From NCBI RefSeq assembly GCF_001194135.2, contig NC_068987.1:25371049-25412730 (forward strand): a stretch of DNA of 41,682 nt, written 5' to 3'. This DNA comes from Octopus bimaculoides. Taxonomy: Eukaryota. The position numbers were made by a program, and so were the translations under genes. Shown piece by piece: positions 1 through 12,289 of this stretch (its first letter is position 1; the number at the start of each line of letters is the position of its first letter). Below the pieces are notes generated by a model. It made no database searches. It was given only the letters and a program-made list of their open reading frames with translations, and was not told where the DNA came from.

Positions 1-59
1 TATTAATGTAATCACATTGTCTCCCCCGCTGGGGGTTTTATTCAGTTAGATTATAGTCA

Positions 60-760
60 GTGAAAAAGCCCTTTCCTCTTTCGAGGAATCAAAATAATAA
101 TATATCTTCACCTGATACGTCCCGACTTTCGTAACTTTTAATGCATTCCTGACCACATCGTATAATGTCTGCTACTACATCTTTATGAACTACGTGAATT
201 TCTAGGACCTTTAAAAGTTTATTTCCTGTGTATGAATCCTCATAGAATTCTTCTCTATGAGTAAGAGTTTACTGAAGCATAAATTATACTCTTTCAAAGC
301 CTTTATATCTATGTACCGCTTGTTTAGTTTTGTGCAAATTAAATTTATGTATTTCCACTTTTTGCCTTCCCTAACGGTTTTACAAATTTTTGCATATTCC
401 ATCTTCTGAATACTGCCTTCTTTTCATTTTACTCCTTCACTTCGATAACTCGACTGTTTTCTGAAACGTTCTCTTTTTCAGCATGTTTCTTCCTTCCAAA
501 TCTCTTGAGTCCTGCGTCTGTAATAATGTCGATCATCTTGTCACAATGTGTTCCACATTTTGGTTTTTCTAGTTCATATCTTAAATCTTGACGTTTCTTT
601 TCTTTCTTTTTTTTTGTGTTATATTCATTTGGAAGACTTTATACACTTGTGGGCTTTTCTTTTTCTGACTAATTTAACTCTTTCCAGCATTATTAAGCTT
701 AAAGCTTATAATTACTATTTACCGAATTTTAACTCTTCGCCGTTTCTTAATTTAACGCTC
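60..760 (-). mobile_element. Decayed non-LTR retrotransposon (RTE-like) ORF2 relic, region between endonuclease and RT
   Basis: Minus-strand translation with stops and frameshifts gives Lys/Glu-rich segments such as KMEYAKICKTVREGKK, resembling the LINE EN-RT linker as I recall it. No intact catalytic motif seen. Confidence 0.3.
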
Positions 761-777
761 AATATTTAAATATTTAA

Positions 778-992
778 GTCGACGACCTGGCAGAATCGGT
801 AGCAAGCCGGACAAAATGCTTAGCGGTATTTCGTCAGTCTTTACGTTCCGAGTTCAAATTCCACCGCGGTTGACTTTGTCTTTCATCCATTCAGAATCGA
901 CAAAACAAGTACCAGTCAAGTACTGGGGTCGATGCAATTAATTATCCTCTCCCCAAAATTGCAGGCCTTTTGCCTGGAGTAGACAGGATTAA
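778..992 (+). mobile_element. tRNA-derived SINE, family A
   Basis: A-box-like CTGGCAGAATCGG, B-box GAGTTCAAATTCC, core TTTCATCC...CAAGTACCAGTCAAGTACTGGGGTCGATG, tail GTAGACAGGATTAAT. Matches other copies in the window. Confidence 0.85.
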
Positions 993-1205
993 TATTCTTT
1001 TCTACTCTAGACATAAGGTCCGAAATTTGGTGGGAGGAGGACCAGTCAGTTAGATCGACCTCATTACCAAACTGGTATTTAATTTATCGACTCTGAAAAG
1101 ATGAAAGTCAAAGTCGACCTTGGCGGAATTTGCACTGAGAACGTAAAGACAGACGAAAAACCGCTATGCATTTCGCCCGGCGTGCTAACGTTTCTGCGCG
1201 CCGCC
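989..1205 (-). mobile_element. tRNA-derived SINE, family A (tail-to-tail with 778-992)
   Basis: Reverse-complement copy (GATGAAAGTCAAAGTCGACCTTGGCGGAATTTG...CGTGCTAAC...CCGCC) aligning with the 40573-40774 copy. Confidence 0.85.
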
Positions 1206-1736
1206 TAAAACAGAATTAATATTAATATGAGAGAATGGTCATTCTCGTGCTAAACTATGAAGGAATTTTCACATCTTTCACTATGCTCTATTCGTTTGTC
1301 AATATAAAGTCTATTCCATTTTGTTTCTCCATTTCAAATTTTCATTTCCACAATCGATTCAGTTTTGTCTTGAAGAATGTGTACATGATTTTTAAGTATC
1401 TGTAACCTCCAAATTTAATTAGTATTACACCCTTGTTTTTCCAGTTGCCATTCTAAAATTTCCCATTGATTTTTTCTTGATTACCAGCTTTTGGTCTCAC
1501 CTTGGCATCAAATTCGCCTATATTTATTGTGTGTGTGTGTGTTTGTGTCTTTTCTTGGTTCAAGTTCTGTGAGGGTAAAATTAAAACAGCTATATAGCTA
1601 TATATGGTACATGTATGATCCATGGTGTTCTTCTGACAGTCTTTCGTCTCCTTATATCTACAAACTAACTGTGTAGGCGCAAAATCCCTTACCACAGTGT
1701 ATAGGTGGTATTGTTAAAAAATATTCCCTATTTTGT

Positions 1737-1976
1737 TCATGTATATATGTGTATATGTATGTATGTGTATATGTTTGTGCGTCTGTTTGTCCCTCAAACA
1801 TCGCTTGAAATTGATGCTGGTGTGTTTACGTTCCCGTAACTTGGTGGTTCGGCAAAAGAGACCGATAGAATAAGTACTAGGCTTTCAAAGAATAAGCTCT
1901 GGGGTCGATTTGTTCAACCAAAGATGGTGCTCCAGCATGGCCGCAGTCAAATGACTGAAACAAGTAAAAGAGTATA
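1737..1976 (+). mobile_element. SINE family B, 3' half
   Basis: From the internal TA/TG microsatellite to the tail CAGTCAAATGACTGAAACAAGTAAAAGAG. Aligns with 39660-39912. Confidence 0.85.
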
Positions 1977-2827
1977 TGTCGAGATGCATGTTCAAACTTG
2001 ACTGATGACGGCCGTTGTAGAAATCCTTACCACAACTTCATCGACTTTTATATTTTGAAAGTATTCTATACATGCCCGTTATGTTATCAAATAGAAAGGT
2101 GTATTTAAAAATATAACTAGTGTCCTGTGATAATATTTGATCTGCATACAAACATAAATATTCATGTCTTTCTCACTCAATATTAGTTCCTTTTTTTTCC
2201 ATATGAACCTTTGTCTCTCATATACCCTTCAAAGCTGCAAGTATGTAATTTTAAGTTTGCCCGAGAGCACATTACAAGTATGTGAAATACGTAATCGAAC
2301 ACAGCTCGTGTTTGTATATATGTGTGTTAATAAAACAGGCTTCGACAAGTTTAATTGAAAATACGACTTATCCTAGTTTTAACTTTATCTTATTAAGGAA
2401 TGCTCACATTTCCGTTTCGAACACTAAATTTCCTAAGATAATCGACATTCCATGATCTTCTGTGTCCTATCTTTTGGATTTAATGATTTTACAGACGATT
2501 GTTATTGATCTTTTACGTTCTAGGTGAGAATCATAAGAGTGCTGTTGCGTCTGTTTTACTTCCGTTACGTCAGACTTTTATCCACTGAATTAACTTCAAA
2601 CGACTATGTAATTTCCAAATTCAAATATTAAGATGAAAGTTACAAAATTAATGGTTCCGATACATTAGCCATATGTGTAGCACACTTTCTCATTGACAGA
2701 CTATGCATTTACAACAAAGAGCTGTTATATCATCACACTACACACCCCCAAATTAGATTGTAAATTACTAGTTGATAGCATAACTAACGTATGTAGAAAT
2801 GCTCTCAAAAGATTAGAGTAGTTGTAT

Positions 2828-3015
2828 AAGGGTTTTTAACATTGGCACATATCAAACGTTAATGGAGATTTATTATCATTATTTAGGCTACTGTGCTTAA
2901 CTAGTTCTTTTCATTACTGCCCCCATAATGATGACCTCAGCAGGATTCGAATCCTAACTAAAAAATTATAACTGAATATTGTAGAGCAATTTGTCCGACG
3001 TTCTACCGACTCTTT
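2828..3015 (-). mobile_element. Degraded family A-type SINE
   Basis: Reverse complement reads GAGTCGGTAGAACGTCGGACAAATTGC...GGATTCGAATCCTGCTGAGGTC (head plus B-box). Tail remnant TTGGCACA near 2841. Confidence 0.55.
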
Positions 3016-3519
3016 TAATGCACTAATCTCAAGGTAACTATAATGATGTCGAACTACGACGCAAAATTTTAAAACTGAAACACCTTAGCAATGCACCCTA
3101 ATTGTAAACTAAAACCTGACCTAACTGCTGCAAAGTAAAGTAAATACATAACGTCAATAGCATTAAAAAAAAATTAAATTTCAGTGATGTGATAACAAAT
3201 GAAACAACAAACATCATCATCATTTACACACTTCTCTCACCTACTGTAAAAACCAAATGCTAAAAAGCCCCTCTCTCCGCCATCAGTTCCTAACAGTTCT
3301 TCATTGTGACCTATTTTTATAAATCAATATTCCTCCATGAGCCCCTATCTCTCTATTTAAATATTTCAATAGCACAAAACAAAACAAACAATTTTCCAAA
3401 AATTTAATAAAATTAACATCTGATATTTTTTCCTGGGGAAATATTCTACAGTTTAAAGAAAATATCTGTACAGCAAATATGCTTTCCCTACAATATGTGG
3501 TGCGTGCTCGTGCAATGGT

Positions 3520-3760
3520 TTAGGAGAACTTTTTGAAGTCCAGACTAGATGCTTTGCGGTATGTAATTAGGCTCTTTGCATTCTGATAGCAAGTCTGCGG
3601 CGACACTAGTGCCATGCTGTTTCGGCTAGGGTCAGTGGTCTTTTTCTTGGATAGACATTGGTAGCGTGGAGAGAGGAAACATGTATGTATTGAGTAACTG
3701 CCAGGCTTCCACAAGAAAAACATTTCCCTAGTTTGCTCATTTATGTTCAGCTGCGTGGTT
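3520..3760 (-). mobile_element. Possible relic of the C-terminal restriction-like endonuclease of an R2/NeSL-type retrotransposon
   Basis: Frameshifted minus-strand peptides VFLVEA...LSTLPMS...PRKRPLTLAETA loosely resemble the RLE C-terminus (P-V-E-x-G...AETA). By-eye match only. Confidence 0.25.
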
Positions 3761-4335
3761 AAACTTGACTTGTAGAAATACTTACCATAATTTCCTCGAC
3801 TATTCTAATCATTTGAAAACCTATATACGTTAGTTATGCTATCAAATAGAAAGATTCTTTAAAAATATGAATAATCGTGTCTTGTGATATTATGGCTTTT
3901 TGTTTTAAACGCATAGTTCATCGGTGAGAAAGAATGGTATATGTATGGCATATGTATCAGACTCATTAGTTTTGCAGAATATAGTTTATTTGCTGTCATA
4001 TGGGTAACAATTTTACTTAAGTTTTCGAAAGTCTTTTATTTTCCCAACAATTTCGGTCATTATTCCACATGCCTGTCTATAGGTGAAGATAGACACGAAC
4101 TCTCAAATTGATGATAGTAAAATGTAATTTGAGGGAAATTTAACTACTTTTTTCCCCTCTAATATGCCGAGTGACCTTGCTGGCTGATGGCAATTGCCAT
4201 ACGGCTATGAGTGAAAAGTTAAACCTTAAATATTCTTGTGTGTAGCGTGCTATAACTGGTTAAACCTCGTTACAGGTCACTTTGACCACGGAGTTGTTAC
4301 AAGGACAAAAATAAAACATATGGAAGAGTAGCGCT

Positions 4336-4363
4336 TAATTAATTAATTAATTAATTAATTAAT
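4336..4363. repeat. (TTAA)n tetranucleotide microsatellite
   Basis: Direct reading. Confidence 0.9.
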
Positions 4364-5242
4364 TTTAATTTATTAATTATTCATTTATTTTTACATAGAC
4401 TTAACTGGAATAGGTAACAACAGCTAAGTTTTCTAATGTGAGAAGCGAGGAGTTACTCACTGATGCTAAAAATACGTAAATTAAAAAGAGATAGATTATC
4501 ATAATTCTGCTTCAATCCACCTGGAAATTTAGTGGTGCTTTGGATTATAGATATGGCAGGGAAATATACAAATGTTTAATTTAACCCTTCGGAAAAGTGG
4601 TTTTTACATGAACTTATTTCACACCCAACGCACACTAAGACCATTAAGTATTATGTGAAGTGTACTATGAAGATGGTTTGCTTCTACAATCACTGTACAC
4701 CTCCCTTCGATCCAACACAAATCGAATGTTCGTGCATCTTATATATTTTACTGACTTGCACATCAGCATTATTTATGCACGTTCGGATATGCAAGCGAGG
4801 TGGAACATGTATCAGTTAGTTGTTTCTAGTTTGGCTTAATTCTTTCTGTCAATACATTTCGATCGCTCAGAAACCGTGTTCAAATACATGCGAAGTTCTT
4901 TATTTTGCTTTCCTTGTATATATTTTTTTTCTTTTTTCCAGTCTTTGTTCTTCGTATTTTGTAAAACTTCTTATTCTCTTTCTTTTTTTCTTTCCCCTTG
5001 TTCATCTATTGAACCTATCAGTTTTCACTGAAGCGTGTGTTGTTGTATTGTAATAAATGTTTATGCACCAGTGCTGTCAAACCTGTTGTTGTTAACACAT
5101 AAACAAACAGCCATGGACCAGAAACTCAATGAACAGGTCATTTCAGGAGGTAGATATGTCTTCTGGGTTACGTATCCATCTCGTCATTAGTCAACCTGTA
5201 ACTCGTGTTAATATTCGAATCTGCATCCGATTGGTCTCCACC

Positions 5243-5356
5243 TCTTCTTCCTCCTCTTCTTCTTCTTCTTCTTCTTCTTCTTCTTCTTCTTCTTCTTCTT
5301 CTTCTTCTTCTTCTTCTTCTTCTTCTTCTTCTTCTTCTTCTTCTTCTTCTTCTTCT
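5243..5356. repeat. Long (TCT/GAA)n trinucleotide microsatellite next to an assembly gap
   Basis: More than 30 nearly pure units. N-gap at 5386-5713 follows. Confidence 0.95.
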
Positions 5357-5713
5357 GTTTCCTCTCTTTCTCTTTCCTCCCCACCNNNNNNNNNNNNNNN
5401 NNNNNNNNNNNNNNNNNNNNNNNNNNNNNNNNNNNNNNNNNNNNNNNNNNNNNNNNNNNNNNNNNNNNNNNNNNNNNNNNNNNNNNNNNNNNNNNNNNNN
5501 NNNNNNNNNNNNNNNNNNNNNNNNNNNNNNNNNNNNNNNNNNNNNNNNNNNNNNNNNNNNNNNNNNNNNNNNNNNNNNNNNNNNNNNNNNNNNNNNNNNN
5601 NNNNNNNNNNNNNNNNNNNNNNNNNNNNNNNNNNNNNNNNNNNNNNNNNNNNNNNNNNNNNNNNNNNNNNNNNNNNNNNNNNNNNNNNNNNNNNNNNNNN
5701 NNNNNNNNNNNNN

Positions 5714-5747
<34 letters not shown>

Positions 5748-5779
5748 TATTTATTACGGCTCACTTATAAATCATAAAT

Positions 5780-6109
5780 TGAACTTGTACTGTGTCGTCT
5801 GCTTTTTTCCCTCCATTCTCGACGTCATCTCACACCAACAGTGATACCTATCTCCCACTTCCTCTATATTTTCTCTTTTTCCTTTTCCTCATTCTTCTTT
5901 CACCTCTCTCGCGTCGTGTTAATCTTTTCTTTTATAATTCTGGCCCTTTTCCCCTTTCTATTCCAACTACTACATTTCCCACATTCTTCTTCTCTCTCTA
6001 CCGACATCTTTCATTTTGCCTCTTTCTACTACTTTGTACCTGGTTTGTTGGTTTTAATTTTTTTTTATTGTCTGTTACCTATTCTTGCTATTTTCTTCTC
6101 TCTCTCTGT

Positions 6110-6152
<43 letters not shown>

Positions 6153-6444
6153 ATCCAACACTCTTGCTTTCTCCTACTTCTTCCTTCCGCCATTCTCCGT
6201 TTTCCCTCCTTCACATTTTCCTTCCTTCCTCCGACATGTAGCCATTTTCTTCTTTTTCTCTATTTCGCTCTATTCCTTCTACTTCTTGCCATTGTCACAT
6301 CTTCTCTTTCTCCCATTTTCATCCAAATCCTTTTCGCCTTTCTCTTCTCTCTTCGTATTCCTTGCCGTACTCATCTCTCTTCCACTATTTCCTTCTCTCT
6401 CTTCTTACCATTCCTCCAGTTTTTAGTCATTCACATTGCTCTCT

Positions 6445-6496
<52 letters not shown>

Positions 6497-6720
6497 CTAC
6501 TCCAAGGCTTTATCATACCCTGGTTATTCGTTCCCTCTCTTCCTCTTTCTCCCAAACTCAGTCATTCTTCTATAAGCATTTTCTGTGTCCTCTTTCTCAG
6601 ACGATATTACCACCTCACACATTTGCCACCATTTTTCTTTTCTCTAACTCCCTTTACTGTGTACATATTTTTCTCCGCCAAACTCTTCCTCTTTTTATAT
6701 TTCTTCTCACACTACACTCA

Positions 6721-6762
<42 letters not shown>

Positions 6763-7700
6763 TCTCTTGTCTGGATCCATCTATCGTCTGCTATCGTCAG
6801 TCACGTGCCCTGCCATACCTCCAGTTTTCCTTCACCAGTCTGTCCCGTTCCAAATGTCTTTTGTAGCGCTGGAAATATTAACGGAGCGATTCTTCGATTA
6901 GCTATCGATTTTTTTGTTTTTTTGTCGTGCTTGTATTGTTTTCCTTTTTAAATTTTCTTCCTTACCTTCGTTTTTTTCCCTGAGAGCTAGAGAAAGAGAG
7001 AGCTAGATTTATGGATAGATAGGTAGATAGATAGACGGATGGATAGACAGATAGACAGACAGACAGACTGACAGACAGATAGGTAGATAGATAGATAGAC
7101 AGATGGATGGATGAACCCACCCTACTACATGTATTCCTTCATTCTTTCGTCTCTGTTGCTTTCATTCTTTCCTCTCTGTTCTTCATTATTTCATTTCGAT
7201 TCATTCTTTATTTCGCTTCTGTTTTTCATTCTTCCGCCTTTTTTTCTTCATTCTTTTCTTCTTCGTTCATTCGGTATTATTTCGTTTCTTCTTCATTATA
7301 TACCTTTCCTTTCTTTTTCCTTCACACCCTTCATTATTTCATCTTATTTTTTTCTTCTTCACCATATCTTTCTCATTTTCTTATTTACAGCCTTTTATCA
7401 TTTTAATATATCTTATTTTTTATCTCATTCTCTACCGGTTTCCACCCATAATTGATTCTCTGCCTTTCTCTCCTCTCTCTCTTATGTGGATCCTCTCTTC
7501 TCTCTTATATTCTCTCTCTTCCCTTCTTTCCTCTTTCTATTTCCTTCCTTTTTCTTCCTTCTACCTATTTCTTTTTCTTTTCCTTATTTGTTTTCCTTGT
7601 TTCTTTTCATTTTCTTTTCATTCTTTCCCTTGTTTTCTCATTCTTTTCCTTGTTTCTTTTTTTCTGCCAGTATCAACTTCTTTCTTTCTGTCTGTCTGTC
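5780..7700. repeat. Pyrimidine-rich low-complexity block with embedded (CT)n, (TATC)n and (GATA/GACA)n runs
   Basis: Strong C/T bias on the + strand explains the many overlapping Phe/Leu/Ser-rich ORFs. Confidence 0.85.
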
Positions 7701-8079
7701 AGTGTGTGTGCCTGTTTCTCTCCTTATAAGTGTATGTGTGTATACGTGCGTGTGTGTGTGTGTGTGTACAAAGAAAGATAGAGCTAGAGAAAGATAGAGC
7801 TAGAAAAAGAGAGAGCTAGAGAGAGAGAGAGAGAGAGAGGGAGAAGAGAGAGAGAGAGAGAGAGATTTGTGGATAGATATGTAGAAAGACAGACACATGG
7901 ATGGACAGACAGACTGACAAACAGATAGATAGATAGAAGATAGATAGATAGATAGATAGATAGATGAATGGACCCACCCTACTACATTTAATCCTGATTA
8001 ACTAAACCCAATCTTTATCTTTTCTTTTCTATAGAATTTGTTCCAAGAATTCTGAAGGAATTATCGATAGCTTTTATTA

Positions 8080-9225
8080 ATGCAGTCACCAGTGCTACTG
8101 ACAAGCACAACAATTACCACCACCCACCGCCACCTGCATCATCATCATCATCACCACCTGCACTGTCGTCACCATCACCTGCATCATAACACAACAAAGC
8201 AAACATCCCTATTACTGCATCAAAGCCACATCACCGCCGAATATCAACAAAACCATTTTTACCGCCACCACAACACCAACTACATTATCATCCCCAAACC
8301 ATACCACTACCACCAAGAATATCAGCGGCATTATAACCTCCCCCCACACATACATACACTCACACTTACACAGCACCATCAGTATTAACATCACCACAAT
8401 GCGCCCCAGTCCCGATGGTGCCACTACTGCGCCATGGACAAGGCACACCACCCTCTCCTGCATGCACCATCTCCACCATCACAACCACCACCATCAACAC
8501 AACCGTCACCACCACAGCCATCACCACCACCACCATCACCGATATCACAACCATCATTATCATTACTACCTCCATTACCATCACCACCGCCATACCAATA
8601 TCTCTATTATAACCCCCACCCAACAGCAATAACAATACCACCACCACCACTACCACCGTTCCGAGTACCACTAATACAACACCATCACCACCACCACCAT
8701 TAGTATGGTTACTAGTATTACTAACCATTTCACTACCACCACCACCATCGTCATCGCCATCAACACAATTATAACCACCGGGGTGCCACCAATGCAAATA
8801 CAGCCATTGCAGTACCACCCACCTCAGTACTACCACTACCATCATCACCACGACCCCCACGACCACCACGACAACGACCACTACCACCGCCGCCACCGCC
8901 ACTACTCCTACAGTAGCTAGTAATATTTCACTACCATCATCGTCACAATTATGAACACCAATAACACCAATTCCGTAATAACCACCACAGAACCACCACC
9001 ACCACAACCACCATCGCCGCCGCCGCCGCCGCCAGCACAATAGCTTGTAATAATAACTAGTTCATCACCACCACCGACAGCATAACCTTTATTACCACCA
9101 CCACCACTACCGCCCTTATTACCGCCACCCAACAAGCACGGTAGCTAGTATTATTAACCATTTCACCACCTATCACTACTACAATACTCAACCACCAACC
9201 AACTAACCAGCCAGTAGTTAGTTAT
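8080..9225. repeat. Degenerate (CAC/ACC/CAT)n low-complexity tract
   Basis: All frames give His-, Thr- or Pro-rich short ORFs broken by stops. No frame is maintained. Confidence 0.8.
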
Positions 9226-9240
9226 TAAACTCCTCTCTCT

Positions 9241-9281
<41 letters not shown>

Positions 9282-12200
9282 ATATAATATAATATACTAA
9301 AGTCTATATCAAACTGACTTCACAATATATATATTATCATCTGTTGTTGACCTCAATGTATTATTGTCTTTTCACCATCTGACCTCTATATATTGTTACA
9401 ACACATTCTCCATTCTTTTCAAACCACATTCATTTTTCTAGCCTTTTTTCTCCATCCTTCCTTCTTTCATTCATTCATTCATTCATTCATTCATTCATTC
9501 TTTTTGTTTTGTTTTGTTGTATTTCTCTTCACTCTTTCTTTTTCTCTCTAGATAAAAAAAAAAAAGAGAATTATTTTTTATCTTCGGCTTTTCGTTTTTT
9601 GTTTTCTCTTTCCGTTCGATTTTTTTTTCTTGCAATTTTCTTTTATCATTTTTTTCTTTCTCTCTTTCTCCTCTTTCTTTATTATAACCATCTTCCAGAC
9701 AATCATCATCACCTTCAACAGCACCACCAACAGCACCACCATCGAAACCACCACCATCATCCCCACTAATATTGTTTCCACTTTGATTGATTCTTGGCTT
9801 TTCAAACGAAACTAGTTCTCTTTTACCGTAATAATATAAAGCAAGCTTGTTTGATGGCGCTGCAGTAAAGATGTTGAAAAAGCAAACATAATTTGTGATT
9901 ATGTTATACTAGGAGTAACTTTAACATCATTGAAGCTGCTTCGATATTTCAAAACAAGACGGTCAGGAAGAGTAACAACAACTTCGCTTTACAACTATCA
10001 TTTGATCCATTTCTATATTGGTCGTACATGGAAGAAGAGAGACAAAATCCAGTTCTAAATTCAGTGAGCTGCTAGCAGAAGCAGATCAAAGTGCGTGCAG
10101 TGGAAATGAACTTGAAGTCACATATCTGCGAAACGAACCCGTAGTCACGTAACCATTTGGTTAAGTCTTTAGCCTCAACTTCAGCCCAACTGAAGGTCTG
10201 GCCTAGGCTGAACTAAAGTTTTCTGAATAAAATTTGGTAGACCAAGCTGTGAAAGTGTGTTAGAAAAAATCCATTCTTGTTTGGTAGATGGTTCACTCAC
10301 ACTCTCGTCTGCTTTATCACCATCTCCACCACCACTACATGACCTAGGAGTCATTTTAGCAGAGCAATTTGTAGTTTTGTTATAAGTCTTCAGAACTTGT
10401 AAGATAATTAAGTTATATTTTAACATGCACCGAATGAAAAATTTTGTAGTCTGATTAAAAGCATGCAATCTCATGGTAGTATCGGCCATTAATGTTATTA
10501 TTCTTGAAGGCAACTGTGAAGAAGAATCTTGATGTCGACCTTCAAATCTGAGACTGAAGTTTCGAAATATTCCAATGAACGTTACCGATTTCATATTTGT
10601 TCTGCTATAAAGAATAAGTGGTGAATTATTCGGAAGAATGTAATAAATAAATGACTAAATAAATAAGATATTCGACTGATGTATACCTACTTCTCAAGAT
10701 TATCTATTTAAAATAATGATGTTTCAACAATGCACATGACCAATAACTGAAGCGAAAGGAATTTGTATAATGTATGGGATCCCTTGTATTACCGGTACTT
10801 ATTTTCATCATCAGTCGAAAGGAATTTAACACAAAGTCAATTCCTGAAGTGTTGGATTGGTGGGGATGAGGCAGACGATACTAATTAGAGGATGGTATTT
10901 CGATCAGCGCTCCGCCATTTTCTCAAATAGTTTTTTAACAAGTCCGCAGATTTGAAGTGAGGGAACAGACGATTTTGTCGGGCCTAATACTTTAGATGAG
11001 ACCAGCTTGTTGATTCTCGTTGATGTCCAGAGTTTTCTGGGGAATTCTTTCACTCTTCGCTACCATTAATCCTCTACAAAACGCTACTAAAGAAGTGCTG
11101 TAGATCACATTCCCTTAGTAGTAAAGAGCGGTAAGCGCCTGATAACATTTCTGATAGCATACGCCTAGTTTTGATCTCCGCTTGAGCCAGCATTGCAGTT
11201 CCTTCAAAGAGATGAGCAGAGGAAAGCTGTGACTGACAAACAACAGTCACACCGACTAGTTGATGTCGTATGCCTAGGCAACAGCAAATGTCTACGCAAT
11301 ATCAGCCACGGCTAGTAATTGCAGTAAAGTATGATGAATGTAAGGTTAAATATTTCATAACATTTAGATACGATCTAATGATTTCTTTTTGCATAGTCAA
11401 CTGCCACTTATTTTATCGACCACGACAGAACTTGACTCATAATTTAAATGTATACACGATCCAACGATGACGTCTGGTTCAACTGATTATCATCACAGTT
11501 ATAGTCTGTCTATATTTGGATGTATTTAGCCTGTATGTTTCATAACTGTTGCATATGTCTCTTAGATATTGTGTGTTCGTATGTGTGCGTGCATGTCTAT
11601 GTGTGCGTGCATGTCTATGTGTACACGTGTGTGTGTTTCATGCAAAGTTTTCTGCGTTTGATATCGTATGTTTTATAAATATAGTGTGTCTTTGATATCC
11701 ATTTGATATATAAATTACTGTTCCGTGTTCCTTACATATTTTTCTTATCATCCAATCAAAATCCAACTGAACCAAATATAGTGTAACGTTTAGATTCCAC
11801 TTATATAATCATCTTACACACAGCAAACTCCTCATTTCTCTCTCTAATAATACCCCTCTCTTTCACCGATTGCTCCCCTATTTTAAAATCTTTCTGGTTT
11901 GTTATTCTCAAACCCAGTCTTTTATACCCAACCTCAATTTCAATCATTTTACAGTGAATACCGCCATCTTCGATTAACCTTTCGTGATGTGTATCTCTAT
12001 ATGATACAAACATTTATGTAATTGATGCCAAGTGTCTTCATTTCCCTTGGATGATCAATATCGTTATCCTATTTCTCTGAGGAACTAATGTGTAGACCAT
12101 ATCTTGTCTGGTTGATCGACAGTTAGGTTCTACTAGCTACTGTAAGTTATTGAGTCTTTGAATCACTACCTTCTGCGAGTCCTAGGATGAGAAATGCCCA

Positions 12201-12289
12201 AAAGCGAATAAAACGTTGATACATTGACACTGTCATGCTTGTGTGATTCCTATATCAGTGCCAAGCCTTAAGTCAATCCCAAAGAGACA

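Noticed and set aside
5129-7797. Many long overlapping ORFs (up to 244 aa) rich in Phe/Leu/Ser, resembling membrane proteins
   Set aside because: They arise from stop-poor pyrimidine-rich DNA, microsatellites and N-runs. All three frames are similarly open.
8080-9135. His-rich or mucin-like ORFs
   Set aside because: Products of degenerate CAC/ACC repeats. No single frame is maintained. The same applies to 37723-37989 and 41123-41529.
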